DNA from: Octopus sinensis
Taxonomy: Eukaryota
Direction of reading: 5' to 3'
Length of the DNA stretch: 64,000 nt
NCBI RefSeq assembly: GCF_006345805.1
Contig: NC_043011.1
Coordinates: forward strand, 20,906,464-20,970,463
Shown here: positions 13,800-25,929 of the stretch, piece after piece
How the letters are laid out: the number at the start of each line of letters is the position of its first letter
How positions within the stretch are numbered: the stretch's first letter is position 1
Program-made: the position numbers and the translations under genes
The notes under the pieces: generated by a model
What the model was told of the DNA's origin: nothing
The model's database searches: none
The model's input: only the letters and a program-made list of their open reading frames with translations

Positions 13800-14580
13800 C
13801 ACATATGGCTGGCTATGGTGGCTGAGAGGGAGGGTGGGAGGAAGGAAGGAAGGGAATGAGTGAGAGTGAGAGAGATGAGTGCGACTGATGAGTTGGGAGT
13901 GATAGATAGAAGGATATGGGAATGAGAGGAGGAGGAGTGGGGACCCCACCCTCACTGGATAGACAGAACAGATGTGACTGGGAAGCTGAGAGGTAAAACG
14001 TGTGGAGTAATCTACAAAATGAATCAATGAGAGAGAGGGAGGGAGAGAGAGAGAGATGGGAGAGCAAGAGGGAGAGATAGGAGAGAGAGCAAGGGAGAGA
14101 CTAATAGGAATGAACAACAGAGAAAGTGGAGGGAGCAAAGGAAAGAGTGAGAGAGAGAATGAAATATGAGAAAGGAGAGAGACATAGGAGAGCAAGAGAG
14201 AGAGATAGAAGCGAGGGAGAGATTGGACAGAGCAAGGGAGAGACAGAGACAGGAATGAATAACACAGAAAGAGGAGGGAGCAAAGGAAAGAGAGAGGGAG
14301 AGGATGAAATGAGAAAGAAGAGAGATAAAGGAGAGCGAGAGAGATTGGAGAGAGAGCAAGGGAGAGACAGAGATAGGAATGAACAACAGAGAAAGTGGAG
14401 GGAGCAAAGGAGAGGATGAAATATGGGAAAGTAGAGAAAGAGAGAGAGTGGGGGGGGCAGGGAAGATATAGGAGAGATAGGCAAGAATAGAGAAAATGAA
14501 GGGAGCATGGGAAAGAGAAAAGGAGAGAGGATGAAATATGAGAGAGAGGGAGAGCACCACCAAATTAAAGAAGTAAGGCA
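13800..14580 (+). repeat. Polypurine (GA-rich) tract with about 125-135-bp degenerate tandem unit
   Basis: GAGCAAGGGAGAGA...AGGAATGAA(C/T)AAC...GGAGGGAGCAAAGGA is repeated about three times; the plus strand is strongly purine-biased. Confidence 0.75.
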
Positions 14581-16089
14581 AATCCTTCCCAATTTAAAGA
14601 ATCTGAGGATTTGTTATTGTTTTTGTTGTTGTTTCGGCCCCTTCGACCAAATGGACCTATAATCTAAGATGTTAAGCCATGACTACCATGATTTTGGGGT
14701 GTGGGGAGCACACGCCCATTTAACACTACGCAAACTGTATCGTTAGCAACATAGTGTGGGGGGAGGGGGAGGGAGGTTTGGTTGCTGTTTCTAGCATGTC
14801 GAGCAACAACATAGAACAGAAGCAAGGAAGAACTTTTTTTTAGTACCAAGAACGAACAGTAAGTGCACAAGGACTTGTTCAGGTGCAAGTGCGCTGAGAA
14901 AAATAATGAATCTTTAAATTCTACCAATTCTGAAGCATGCATCATCATCATCATCATCATCATTATCATCATTTTATGTCTACTTTCCATGCCAATGTAG
15001 CTTAGACAGGTCAACATGGGCCATATTGTTTTCTTATTCAAAGTTACAGTCTCCACCAGCATTAGACAGGTCAGAAGGAGATGTCTCGCCCAAACAGAGA
15101 ATTTTTTCGGCATAGTTTCTATTAGGAAGATGTTCTTCCTCATACCAACTACTTCACAGAGTGTACTGAGTACATTTTATTGGTGTCAGTACTAGAAAGG
15201 TTGTCAGGAGAAGTACTGGAAAGGTTGTCTGTCATATGCTAAGGCCTTCTCAACCCAACACAGTCTTGTGGAACCTAATAAGGAACTGCAATGTAGTTGT
15301 TCTATCTGTTACCAACAATAGCTAAATCTTGCTTAAATCACACATCACTGTCTTAGACAAAGGCCATATGTAGTCCTGAATTCCCTGCATATAGAAAAGA
15401 AACAGGGTAGTCATGGCTGGGATGTCTTTCACCATGCTGTTCAATAAGGGCTGTCTGCACGGTGGCTAAACAGCTTTGGAGCCTCTACACAGTTACTCCA
15501 ACTGCTAGAATCCACATCTGAATTACATTTAACTTACACATGCTATACTGTCTAAAGAAGGAAAGGACACATTGGATAATGCTGTCCTAGATATACATAA
15601 AGAAGGATGGTTGCAGCTGGAACCTACTCGAGGTTAAACAATAAACCAATGAGAGTAGCCTCTATGAGACTGATTCATTTGATAGGAAAACCGCTTAATC
15701 TTTCTTAAATCATTCACTTTACCATCTTAAAAAAGAGGATATATAATGTATCAAATTTACACAGTACCAGACAATCAGATGTTGTTATACCCTGCTGGTC
15801 ACAATGCACTTCCATGCATTGTTGTAGCTTTCAAATGATGCCACCACCACTACCACCCAGTTAAATGGGCAGGCCAGCACCCCCTCCTGAATGGAATACT
15901 AGTCGATTGTAAGGGTACCCATTTAAGCCAAGTGAACTGGAGGAATGTGAAACGAAATGTTTTGCTCAAGAACATAATGCATTGCTGGTCTGAGAATCCA
16001 AGCCATGATCCTGCAAACATTAGGGCAACACCCTAACCACTAAGCCATGTGCCTTCATATGTAGAATGATAACATAAAAAATTTAACAT

Positions 16090-16315
16090 ATATTTCTTTA
16101 TTGCCCACAAGGGGCTAAACATAGAGGGAACAAACAAGGACAAAGAGATTAAGTCGATTACATCAACCCCAGTGCGTAACTGATACTTTATTTATTGACC
16201 TTGAAAGGATGAAAAGCAAAGTCGACCTCAGCGGAATTTGAACTCAGAATGTAACGGTAGACAAAATACTGCTAAGCATTTCGCCCAGTGTGCTGTTTCT
16301 GCCAGCTCACCGCCA
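16090..16315 (-). mobile_element. SINE family B copy
   Basis: Reverse-complement monomer. Confidence 0.8.
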
Positions 16316-17057
16316 AAATTTTTTATATCAATTTTTTATATTAAAAAATTTAATATAAAATATCAAAGCTGTGTAGTTAGAGTCATCAACAATTATTGGG
16401 ATTGGTGGGATCATCATCATCATTTAACGTCCACTTTCCATGCTAGCATGGGTTGGATGATTTGACTGAGGACTGGCGAATCAGATGGCTGTGCCAGGCT
16501 CTAATCTGATCTGGCAGAGTTTCTATAACTGGATGCCCTTCCTAACGTCAACCACTCCAAGAGTGTATTGGGTGCATTTACATGCCACCGGCACGAGGGC
16601 CAGTCTGGTGGTACTGGCAACGGCCACACTCGAAATGGTGTTTAGAGTTAAAATTGGTAAAACTGCACCGACTCACAACTGACTAAATATTGGTTTCAAA
16701 TTTTGGCACAGGACAGCAGCTTTTGAGGGGCAGGGGAAGTCAATTACATCGATCCCAGTACTTGACATCGACCCTGAAAGAACGAAAGGTAAAGTCAAAC
16801 TCAGCGGAAAGACAGATGAAATGCTGTTAAGCATTCTGTCCAGTGTGTTTGACCCCCAACTGTTCTACCAGCTTGCTGACCCCTAACTGACAAAATATAA
16901 AATGTAATGATACAATGCATCAAAATTTTCAATTCCACAGGTTCTAATTTGAAAGCAATCAAATCAGATTTAAAGACTTCTTTCGAGAAAGGTCTAGTAG
17001 AAGCAAATGTATGTCTAACACGATTTTAGTAAATTTTCGATTGGGATCTTTATTTAA

Positions 17058-18133
17058 CCCTTTCGTTACTATATTTCTGACCAAATTACACCCCCTTATG
17101 TGTTTCAATTAATTTCTAACGTAATCATAAATTTAGTCTGGTTTCATTAAACAACTATAACTTTTTTATTTATCGATATATTAATCTGATTTTTGGAAGA
17201 TAATTTAATGAAATATTCTCAACCAATTCTATACTATAATTTTTGTCACAAAGTGACTCTAATTGTAGGTAAATACAGGTAAATTCTACAAAATATAAAA
17301 TTATTAAAATTTTGTTCAAACATCGCTATAGAAAATGGGTTATTAGCTAATATTCAATTGGGTATACAACAAAATTTTACGATAGAATTTGTAACTTTCT
17401 GATACCCATAATAATATTTATGGCAAAATAGTCTTAATTTCATTTAAGGTTGTGGGAAACCACAAACTATCCTTTCTTTCGCTTTGTTTACGTTTAGCGT
17501 AACGGTTCGTTTTCGCCGTAATGATTTCAAATAGGCTCATTCGAAAAAGTAAAAAGAAATAGTCTAAGGCTTTACTCTCCTGGGAAAGTATGTGGCTTGG
17601 TCCAGTTTCTTCAGAAAAATCACCGAAAGAAACAGTTTTTAAATTTTCACTCCATTCAGGTGCCAATTCATTTTCTTTATCGCTGTCGGAGCTCTCGGAT
17701 TCACTGTTTTCACTTTCGGAAAATGAAACATCAGATTCATTATCAAATACCACATGCTTTTTTTTTCAGTCATGGAGTTAGATTTATGAAGGTCTTCAGT
17801 AGAAAATCCTTCGAATTCTGACTCGCTGCTTGATATAATGAAATTCGTATCCATTTTTTGTCAGAATTACAAATTTTGAAAACATAATAGGAACAAATTT
17901 CGGAAAAAAATCTCCCAAAATTCACGGAATTAAAATTACACTTCGATTATTGTACAAAACTGTAGTTGAACTGTTTACGAAGTATAATACGTGTTTTCAC
18001 GAATGTACTGAAGAGATTTGCTCTGATATTCTCATTTAAATATGAATAGGTAAATTCGGGCGGCTTTGGGCGGTTTGGTCTCATAAACCAAAATTTTTTT
18101 CGGGCGGCTTTGGGCGGTTTGGTAACGAAAGGG
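17058..18133 (-). mobile_element. Internally deleted piggyBac transposon with intact ends
   Basis: TTAA TSD (17054-17057, 18134-18137), 12-bp TIR CCCTTTCGTTAC, and two direct copies of TTCGGGCGGCTTTGGGCGGTTTGGT near the promoter end (about 18055-18079 and 18099-18123). Confidence 0.9.
17370..17854 (-). pseudogene. piggyBac transposase N-terminal pseudogene (two frameshifts, truncated)
   Basis: Acidic N-terminus MDTNFIISSSESEFEGF..., then W...F....GP..L...ALDYFFLLF...EIITAKTNRYA...WFPTTLNEIK, and after a shift FAINIIMGIRKL. This is the conserved PGBD/DDE_Tnp_1_7 N-terminal pattern. Confidence 0.85.
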
Positions 18134-18474
18134 TTAAAGGATACAATGTTTCTTTAATAAATCTTGTATTTCAATGAATATAAATTTTATACTGAAACAA
18201 TGTATTAATTTCAAAAAAGAAAGTTATGTATGTAATTCAGTTTATTTCTTTTAAATTAGTCATTTGTTAAGTTTTACTGGGTGCTTTTCATTTATGAACT
18301 GGTCAACAAAGTTTTTTTGCATACCATTTTTATAGATTATTATTTTTATATCTTTTTTAATTTAAAGCATTTTGATAAAGGCTATAAAGTAAAGGCCCAT
18401 TTTTTTTTCAATTCATAAGTTTTGTCTTAGAAGTTCCTTCATAAATAATATCAAAAGAAGCCGCACTGGCATAC

Positions 18475-18550
18475 CACATGAGCCCAAATTTTAAACAGAT
18501 CAGAAAGGTAAGTAACCTGTTGATTTGCACTAGTTATGTAACACATTTGT
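18475..18550 (-). CDS. Candidate exon (76 nt, phase 2-0)
   Basis: Acceptor TTCTGTTTGTATTTAG|, donor |GTATGC; open frame QMCYITSANQQVTYLSDLFKIWAHV. Confidence 0.18.
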
Positions 18551-19314
18551 CTAAATACAAACAGAAGAATTGGAGTTGTAGTCGAAGGACCATAAATTGG
18601 TACCATAAATTGAAGAGTTAGAGATGGAGTCAACAATTTTATAATACCAATTCAACAACCTTACAAAACATCAAGATAAAAATTAACGGGTAGCATTATA
18701 CCCTAGCGCATGATATCTACATAGAAAAAGTGGAAGTGGTATTAAATCTGAGAATGCACTGTAGTTGAATAAATATCACAGTCCTAGTTAATACTACAGG
18801 AAAGTTCAGAGAAGAGTCTGATAATTAAATTTGCCCTATGCATGTACTGCATTTTGAACCTGTTAGATTGTGACTGCTTCTAATTTATGTAGGTTTTTTG
18901 GGGTTTTTTTTCTAAATCTTATGCTTTTCTCATAATTTGTCTTTAGTTACTAACATAACATGCTAGTAGTGACAAGAATATGAATTACCAACCCCTTAGC
19001 TGCTTGTCTGGTGCCAATAAACTCAATTATCTGCAGTTCTGCCAATTCTATTAAGAGTGATTCAACAAAGTGAGGATTATCAGAAGCATACTAACTAGGC
19101 TTGTCTCATACCCAATAAACTCATTTATTTGCAAATCTCTCAATATTAAGAGCTTCACCAAACTTGGAATGGAGTAAAGCTGTTCCGTACAAGTATACAG
19201 TTGTGCCAGATGTCTTCACAATATGTAGAAAGTGATGCAAAAATCTACAATCAACTGAAGTGAAATGTTACATAAAGACAAGAATTGATACAGCTCCATA
19301 CACATTCCTTTATA

Positions 19315-19715
19315 CATGAGGGTACTGAAGAATTCCAGGCTTTAACCCTTTAGTATTTAAACCGGCCATATCCGGCCAAGATAGTTAATCTGTTTTATGT
19401 TCAAACTAACCAGATCCAGGCTCTCACACCTACCCTACATTGTTATTCTACATAAAGTAATTACACCATCAAGATCTTGAAGATATGAGATAATGCATGA
19501 TTAATTCAAATCAATGTGAATCAATAAGCATTATGTTTGATAGAATAATCTGAACACTAAAGGGTTAAGGGTGTCGCGAAAGGCCTGACTAAAGGCCCAA
19601 CCTTCTGAATTCTTAAAAAACTGAGGGCTTAAAAAAAAACTGAAAGACTGCTACAATAAGTGAGTGAGTCTGAGAAGGGAATATGTTGATTAAAATCATA
19701 AATGATCCTTCTGCT
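19315..19715 (+). mobile_element. Non-autonomous mariner derivative, interrupted by a piggyBac-type MITE
   Basis: TA-CATGAGGGTACTGAAGAATTCC TIR-like start. The 3' part translates KLKDCYNK*VSLRREYVD*, like mariner C-termini (KL..R..KCV...G.YVE). Confidence 0.6.
19346..19564. mobile_element. piggyBac-type MITE (TTAA|CCCTTTAG...CTAAAGGG|TTAA), 219 bp
   Basis: TTAA at 19342-19345 and 19565-19568 plus terminal inverted repeats. Related copies at about 2995-3240, 6010-6224, 29575-29792, 52650-52880 and 63876-63965. Confidence 0.85.
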
Positions 19716-19721
19716 AACAAC

Positions 19722-19800
19722 TCACAACTGATGCCGGCAGTTTGTTCCATACTTCAGCAACTCTTAGCGTGAAAAAGTATTTCCGAAAACAAGAGGAGTA
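19722..19800 (-). mobile_element. CR1/L2-type LINE 3' coding remnant
   Basis: Translates RKYFFTLRVAEVWNKLPASVV, the classic R..FF..RV...WN.LP..VV end of CR1-clade RT ORFs. Confidence 0.7.
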
Positions 19801-20276
19801 CAAACAGTAAAATGTATCTTCCAGAAGTTGTGTCCCAGCAATTTAACATTTTGCAGCATCAGTATTTCACTATTTGAAATATTGCAGACAGATATTATCC
19901 AAAATCCAATGGAACATTTGAAAAGAAGCATAAGTTAAAACTGAAACAGGAGCATTATCACAATATGAAGAGAAAAAAGAAAATTTAAAACATTTTATTA
20001 TTTTTTTGTCAATTTTAAACTAAAATCTCATTTTAATTGTGTTTCGTCTGAGATTCTGGTAACTGAATGGGAAATCATATAATGCCATGATATGGTTTTT
20101 CTGCTCACAATCAAACATTCCTTCTTTACTACACAATTTTACTATTACTAACAATACTTGTACACAGGCTAACATGGAAACAAAGGTATCGCATGACCAC
20201 AGCTACATATGCAGCTGACAACATAATCACATAACAAGTCAACAAGGGAGCCTCTATGCTAGTAATAGCACCTAAA

Positions 20277-20858
20277 GGCGGCAAGCTGGCAGAAACGTTA
20301 GCACGCCGGGCGAAATGCGTAGCCGTATTTCGTCTGCCGTTACGTTGTGAGTTCAAATTCCGTTGAGGTCGACTTTGCCTTTCATCCTTTCGGAGTCGAT
20401 AAATTAAGTACCAGTTACGCACTGGGGTCGATGTAATCGACTTAATACCTATGTCTGTCCTTGTTTGTCCCCTCTATGTTTAGCCCCTTGTGGGTAATAA
20501 AGAAATAGGTATTTCATCTGCCACTACGTTCTGAGTTCAAATTCCACCGAGGTCGACTTTGCCTTTCATCCTTTCGGGGTCGATTAAATAAGTACCAGTT
20601 ACGCACTAGGGTTGATGTAATCAACTAAATCCGTTTGTTTATCCTTGTTTGTCCTCTCTGTGTAGCCCCTTGTGGGTAGTAAAGAAATAGGTATTTCGTC
20701 TGCCGCTACGTTCTGAGTTCAAATTCCGCCGAGGTCGACTTTGCCTTTCATCCCTTCGGGGTCGATTAAATAAGTACCAGTTATGCACTGGGGTCGATAT
20801 AATCGAATTAATCTGTTTGTCCCCTGTGTTTAGCCCCTTGTGGGCAATAAACAAATAT
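20277..20858 (+). mobile_element. SINE family B, head + three tandem bodies inside one 15-bp TSD
   Basis: GTAATAGCACCTAAA at 20262-20276 and 20859-20873; body units start at 20325, 20509 and 20691. Confidence 0.85.
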
Positions 20859-21541
20859 GTAATAGCACCTAAATGTCTCTTAAAGCACACCCTATCATCT
20901 TCAAAAAATGAAAGACATTAAATAATGTACTCCTGGATACACTATGTCGGGAACACAATAAAAAGAAAAAGAATGGTAAACAACTGAAAAGCTTTTCACC
21001 ATAAATCTGCTGAATCAGGGTTGATCCGAGACAAACAGGTAAAATATTAAACTAACAATACACTGAAATAGATGTTAAGCATAAAGGCAGTACTCCAGCA
21101 TGGCCATAGTCTAATGACTGAAACAAATAAAAGAATATATTCCAGGAAAGAGTTGGCTACAAGGATTACACACTGGCATTGTCTCTCTCTCCATTCACAT
21201 TTTACATTGATAACCCCCACCCTTCGATGCTACCAAATTATCGCCCCCCTCTTCCCTGATTCACTTCCTGTTGATTTGCCCGCATCAGCATCATCACGTC
21301 TCTTGCTCTCTCCTCATCTTTCCACTCACACCCTTGCAGCCTACCCACCCACACACACCATCTTTCATTCTCTCCATCATATTGCTCCTCCCCACTCCTG
21401 TACTGCCAACTGATATGCATAATTGCTACCCCATTCACCTATGTTCAACCCTCTACCTCAATGAATTTCATCTCATCTATGCAAGCATCAGAAAGTGGGC
21501 ATGGAAAAAGGTAACGATTGATGATGACAAACACACACATA

Positions 21542-21937
21542 CTCTTTTACTTGTTTCAGTCATTTGACTGTGGTCATGCTGGAGCACCGCCTTTAGTCGA
21601 GCGAATCGACCCCAGGACTTATTCTTTGTAAGCCTAGTACTTAATCTATCGGTCTCTTTTGCCGAACCGTTAAGTTACAGGGACGTAAACACACCAGCAT
21701 CGGTTGTCAAGTGATGATGGGGGAACAAACACAAACACACGCACACACATACATATATATATATATATACATATCTACGACGGGCTTCTTTCAGTTTCCA
21801 TCTACCAAATCTACTCACAAGGCTTTGGTCAGCCCGAGGCTATAGAAGACACTTGCCCAAGGTACCACGCAGTGGGACTGAACCCGGAATCATGTGGTTG
21901 GTAAACAAGCTACATACCACACAGTCATTCCTATGCC
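21542..21937 (-). mobile_element. SINE family A copy
   Basis: Reverse complement of family A, from tail (CTCTTTTACTTGTTTCAGTC) to head. Confidence 0.85.
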
Positions 21938-22424
21938 TACATACACATTATTACCATCATCACCATTTGACATACATTTTCCATGTTGTTACAACTCTTA
22001 GACAATGTCAAAGCAAAGAGACAATAATACACACACACTCACACACACACAATAGGCTTCTTTCAACTTCCATCTACTAAATCTACTCACAACACTTTGG
22101 TAGGCCTATGGTTATAGTAAAAAAACACAAACTTAAGGTGCCATGCAATGGGATTGAACCTGGAACCATACAACTGGGATGCAAACTTCTGACCACATAG
22201 CCATGTGCTAGTTTAGTTATATTCTTATATCACATCTACAATTGCCTCCACAATGCAATTGTTCACTAAACTTCATCACAGAAATCAGGCCTTTAAAAAA
22301 CAGAACTTTTTTGATTAGGCTTAGCAAAAACGTGCTTTGCTGAAACAAGAGTGGCCACGCTGAAAAATATGAATAAACCCATTTAAAAACTACTCTGTTA
22401 TTGCTTGCTCGGCATGATGGAGCT

Positions 22425-22660
22425 GGGGTCATCCCAGGTTAGTGATCCCAGAGACTTCATCATGAATAGAGCTGGCCACGTCTACCAGCACTCTCCATTG
22501 CCGGTGGTCCTGTGCCAGCCCCTCTACATCCTCAAAGGTGACATTGAGCTTCTGGAGATCTTCCCCAATCGCAACCAGCCATTTGGTGCAGGGCTTGCCA
22601 TGAGGCTTCTTCCAGCTGGGTGTTGCTACATCGAATGAGAATAAAGCCCTCATAGGATGA
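22425..22660 (-). mobile_element. RTE-clade LINE 3' fragment
   Basis: WKKPHGKPCTKWLVAIGEDLQKL...LAQDHRQWRVLV fits the RTE C-terminal (r.rGrP...W...i..Dl......A.dR..Wr) pattern. Confidence 0.75.
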
Positions 22661-24021
22661 TCTAGTGGGAGATGGAGGACAAAGGAAATTATGAGCTAAA
22701 ATGTGTATATGTGTGTATATATGTGTGTGTGTACGTGCATTTGTATGCACACAGTTACATGTGTGCCTGTGTTTGTTTTAACAATCTATACTAGCAAAAG
22801 GTGTAAACATCAATCAATAAGAAGACCCCAAAAATTAGAGTTGTTCAAGGGAAGTCTCTCTCCCTCCTGCAATATTTGCATTGCATTCTACACTGAGAGG
22901 CTGTCAGCGCCTTTGACATTTCTCAGGACCACAGACATGCTGTGAACCAAGGGATATCCCACTTAGCAATGAAACAAAACATAAAAAAAAAAATTCTTAC
23001 TTTTCTGTGAGGAATCTAAAATGTTCGGAGTTATCTTCTGGACAGGATAAACAAACTAAAAGCAAACAAAAACACAAGACATTAGATAGTTCTGATAACC
23101 TTTGTTTCTTTACAGTCAGCTTATCTACATTCTCACCGTTTTCTACTACTACTACTACTTTTATTATTATTAACTTCTACCAAGATCCACTTTGCATTTC
23201 ATCCTTTCAATGGAGGTGGGGGGTGATAAAATAAGTACCTTTTGAGCCCTGGGGGTCGATGTAACCAACCTTGTCCCTTTCCTGAAACTTCTAGCCTTGT
23301 GCCAAAATTTTAAAACAATGTTTATTATTATTATTAATAGCATTGTTATTATTAAGGTGGTGAGCTGGTAGACTCATTAGCACACCGAACAAAAGGCATG
23401 GCAGTATTTCATCCCAGCTTTCTGCTCTGAGTTCAAATTCCACCGAGTTCAACTTTACCTATCATCTCTTAGAGGGGCAATAAAATAAGTACCAGTTGAG
23501 TCCTGGGGTCAATGTTATCATAATTCCCCATCATCAAGGTCAACTTTGCCTTTCATCCTTTCAGGATTGGAATCAATGTAATCGACTTAACCCCTCCACC
23601 AGGCTTTACTGTCTGTTTTGGCATGTGTTTTACAACTGGATGCCCTTCTTAACATTTATTCATATTAGACACAAGTAATCATCATCATCATCCATGCTTG
23701 CATAGGTCACATAGAATTTGCTGAGGCAGTTTATTTTCTACAGCAGGATGCCCTTCCTGTTATCAACACTCTTCAGTTTCCAAGCAAGGTAATATTTTCC
23801 CATACATAGCAAGACATCTTTCACAGAAGACTGAAAATGAACAAGCTTGCTTGTTTAAGACCATCACATGATAGACTAGACAAGGGTGTACACAAACAAA
23901 CACCACAAGCGCATATATATATATATATATAGGGAGAGTTTAGGGAAAAATCAAAAGACGAAGACAGGTGGTGTACAAAACAAACAGATGTATTAGTATA
24001 ACGCTCAGGAATAGAAAAAGT

Positions 24022-24057
24022 CTTTTACATTTCGAGCCTACGCTCTTCTACAGAAAG
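24022..24057 (-). ncRNA. Hammerhead-like motif, same family as 54842
   Basis: CUUU-CUGUAGA-A-GAGC(GUAG)GCUC-GAAA-UG-UA|AAAG. The host repeat spans about 23930-24125 next to (TA)n. Confidence 0.4.
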
Positions 24058-24771
24058 GGACACACAAAAAAACAAGGAGAGAAAAAAATGTGTGTAGTGG
24101 CTAACGATCTATCATAGCGACTGTTTTATTGAAAATGAGTAAAGAAAGGTTAATGGACAGCTGAAAGTAGTGGGAAGGAAGTAAGTGGAGGTATTATTTT
24201 AGGTGGTGGTGAAGAGTGAGGAGGTAGGATTTGTATATATATATATATATATATATATAAATTAGAAAAACCCACCTTTTATTAATTCAATAATGAAAAA
24301 TTAAATTATACCATCTAGAAAATTACATATAGAAAGATTAAATATAATATAAAACATATAACGATGATTAAGTAATGTGCAAAATAATAAATAAACGTAT
24401 ATACATCTCATGGACTCTCCTGTCGTTAGACGATGTATGAGGGTTCGACAATTTCTTGCCGAACAACCACACTTGTTTATAGTGATCAAATATTTGTGTA
24501 CCCAGCTCATTCCCTCCATCAAATTGACATTACCTGTACAGGTGCACCATGTGCCACAACTCAGATGAGCAGCGAGAAATGAAGCCCTTTGCTCAGGAAC
24601 ACAACACAATGCCTGGTCTGAGAATCGAACCCACGATCACGCATTCATGAGTGCAACACCCTAACCACTAAGCTGTATATACACACATATACATATTATT
24701 ATCATCATTTAACATCCACTGACAGGCTTTCACCACAATTTCCATCTACCAAATCTGCTCGCAAGGCTATG

Positions 24772-25149
24772 TACTTACTTGTACTTGTGGCGACATTCAC
24801 CCTGGGTGGGTTGAGTCGGCTTCTTCTACCACCCTCGAGGTAGCAGAAGTTTCGTGAGAATACGTGGCTTTCACAAGCAGTCTCCAACAATCCCGCATGT
24901 AGAGACATCCTGTTTGCCGCAGATTGTCCGCAGACGCAGGGACAGAACGACCGAGGAGCCGCCGGTTGCCGAAACAGACACTCCGAGGATTTCACCAGAG
25001 CCCCATCTGCCGGGTTGTGGCCCTAATACCACTCGGTGTCAGACCAATCTGCCTTGGGTGGCCCTACCTGAAGATCCCGACAGCATAGCTCTGACACTAC
25101 CCATTACCAGCATCCCCACCACGGTGAGGAGGGGATGAACTTTGGGGAC
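24772..25149 (-). mobile_element. Probable 5' UTR/ORF start of an RTE-like LINE inserted into a family A SINE
   Basis: GC-rich island in AT-rich DNA. The minus frame ends ...RSRLNPPRVNVAT, resembling the segment just before the APE endonuclease (A/G)TWNV motif. Family A sequence flanks both sides. Confidence 0.5.
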
Positions 25150-25732
25150 GCCCAGGACTGTAGTGGAAGACACTTACTCAAGGTGCCATACAGTGGGACT
25201 GCAACTGAAACCATATATGGTTGGGAAGTAAACTCTTTAACCATCGAGCCATGCCTGCATGCATGCATGTAGATTTTCGGCTTTACCAGGCCAATAGTCC
25301 AATGCTTTATTTTATAAAAAGCTTCTATGAAAAACCAAAGCAAGTATATTTATATGTACACATGCACCTATTTTAGTTTTGCCTAATGTGTGTGTAGGAG
25401 GTGGGGAGTAGGATGAGGTGTTCTGAATGAAGAGAGGTACAATGTTACAAAGCAAACACTTTTGTGTGAAGTAGGAGTGGTGTCCATTTTTCAATGGAGA
25501 CTTACTCAGGCAAAATGAATAGAATAGGTCAGAAGAATAGCACACACAACATAACCAGGCAGGTGACAATGTTTGAATCTTTTTCTTTTGATGTTTCTCT
25601 GTCAATTTGCTCACCCATCTACACACGCCCCATTCTTTCTGTGTTGGTATCTGTCTGTCAGTCTGTCTCACACAACACATCAATTGTATAGAAGTAAAAT
25701 AGAAGTACACACATAGTTTATAGACATAATAA

Positions 25733-25763
<31 letters not shown>

Positions 25764-25780
25764 CACACACACACACACAC

Positions 25781-25830
<50 letters not shown>

Positions 25831-25929
25831 CATATACATCATCATCATCATTTAACATCCTCTTTCTATGCTGGCATGGGTTGGACGATTTGACCAGAGC
25901 TGTCAAGTTAGAAGACTGTGCCAAGCACC

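Noticed and set aside
10154-14592. Many 60-190 aa ORFs (poly-YI, HT, CV, LS)
   Set aside because: They are translations of (TA)/(CA)/(GA)/trinucleotide microsatellites. The same applies to the ORFs at about 31.2-32.0, 56.2-58.0 and 61.1-61.8 kb.
18431-18507. Plus-strand exon-like segment with very strong AAG|GTAAGT donor
   Set aside because: Stops in all three frames; it could only be a terminal or non-coding exon, with no supporting context.
20277-20858. Regularly repeated units as a CRISPR-like array
   Set aside because: The units are full SINE bodies with no unique spacers, the context is eukaryotic, and no cas genes are present.
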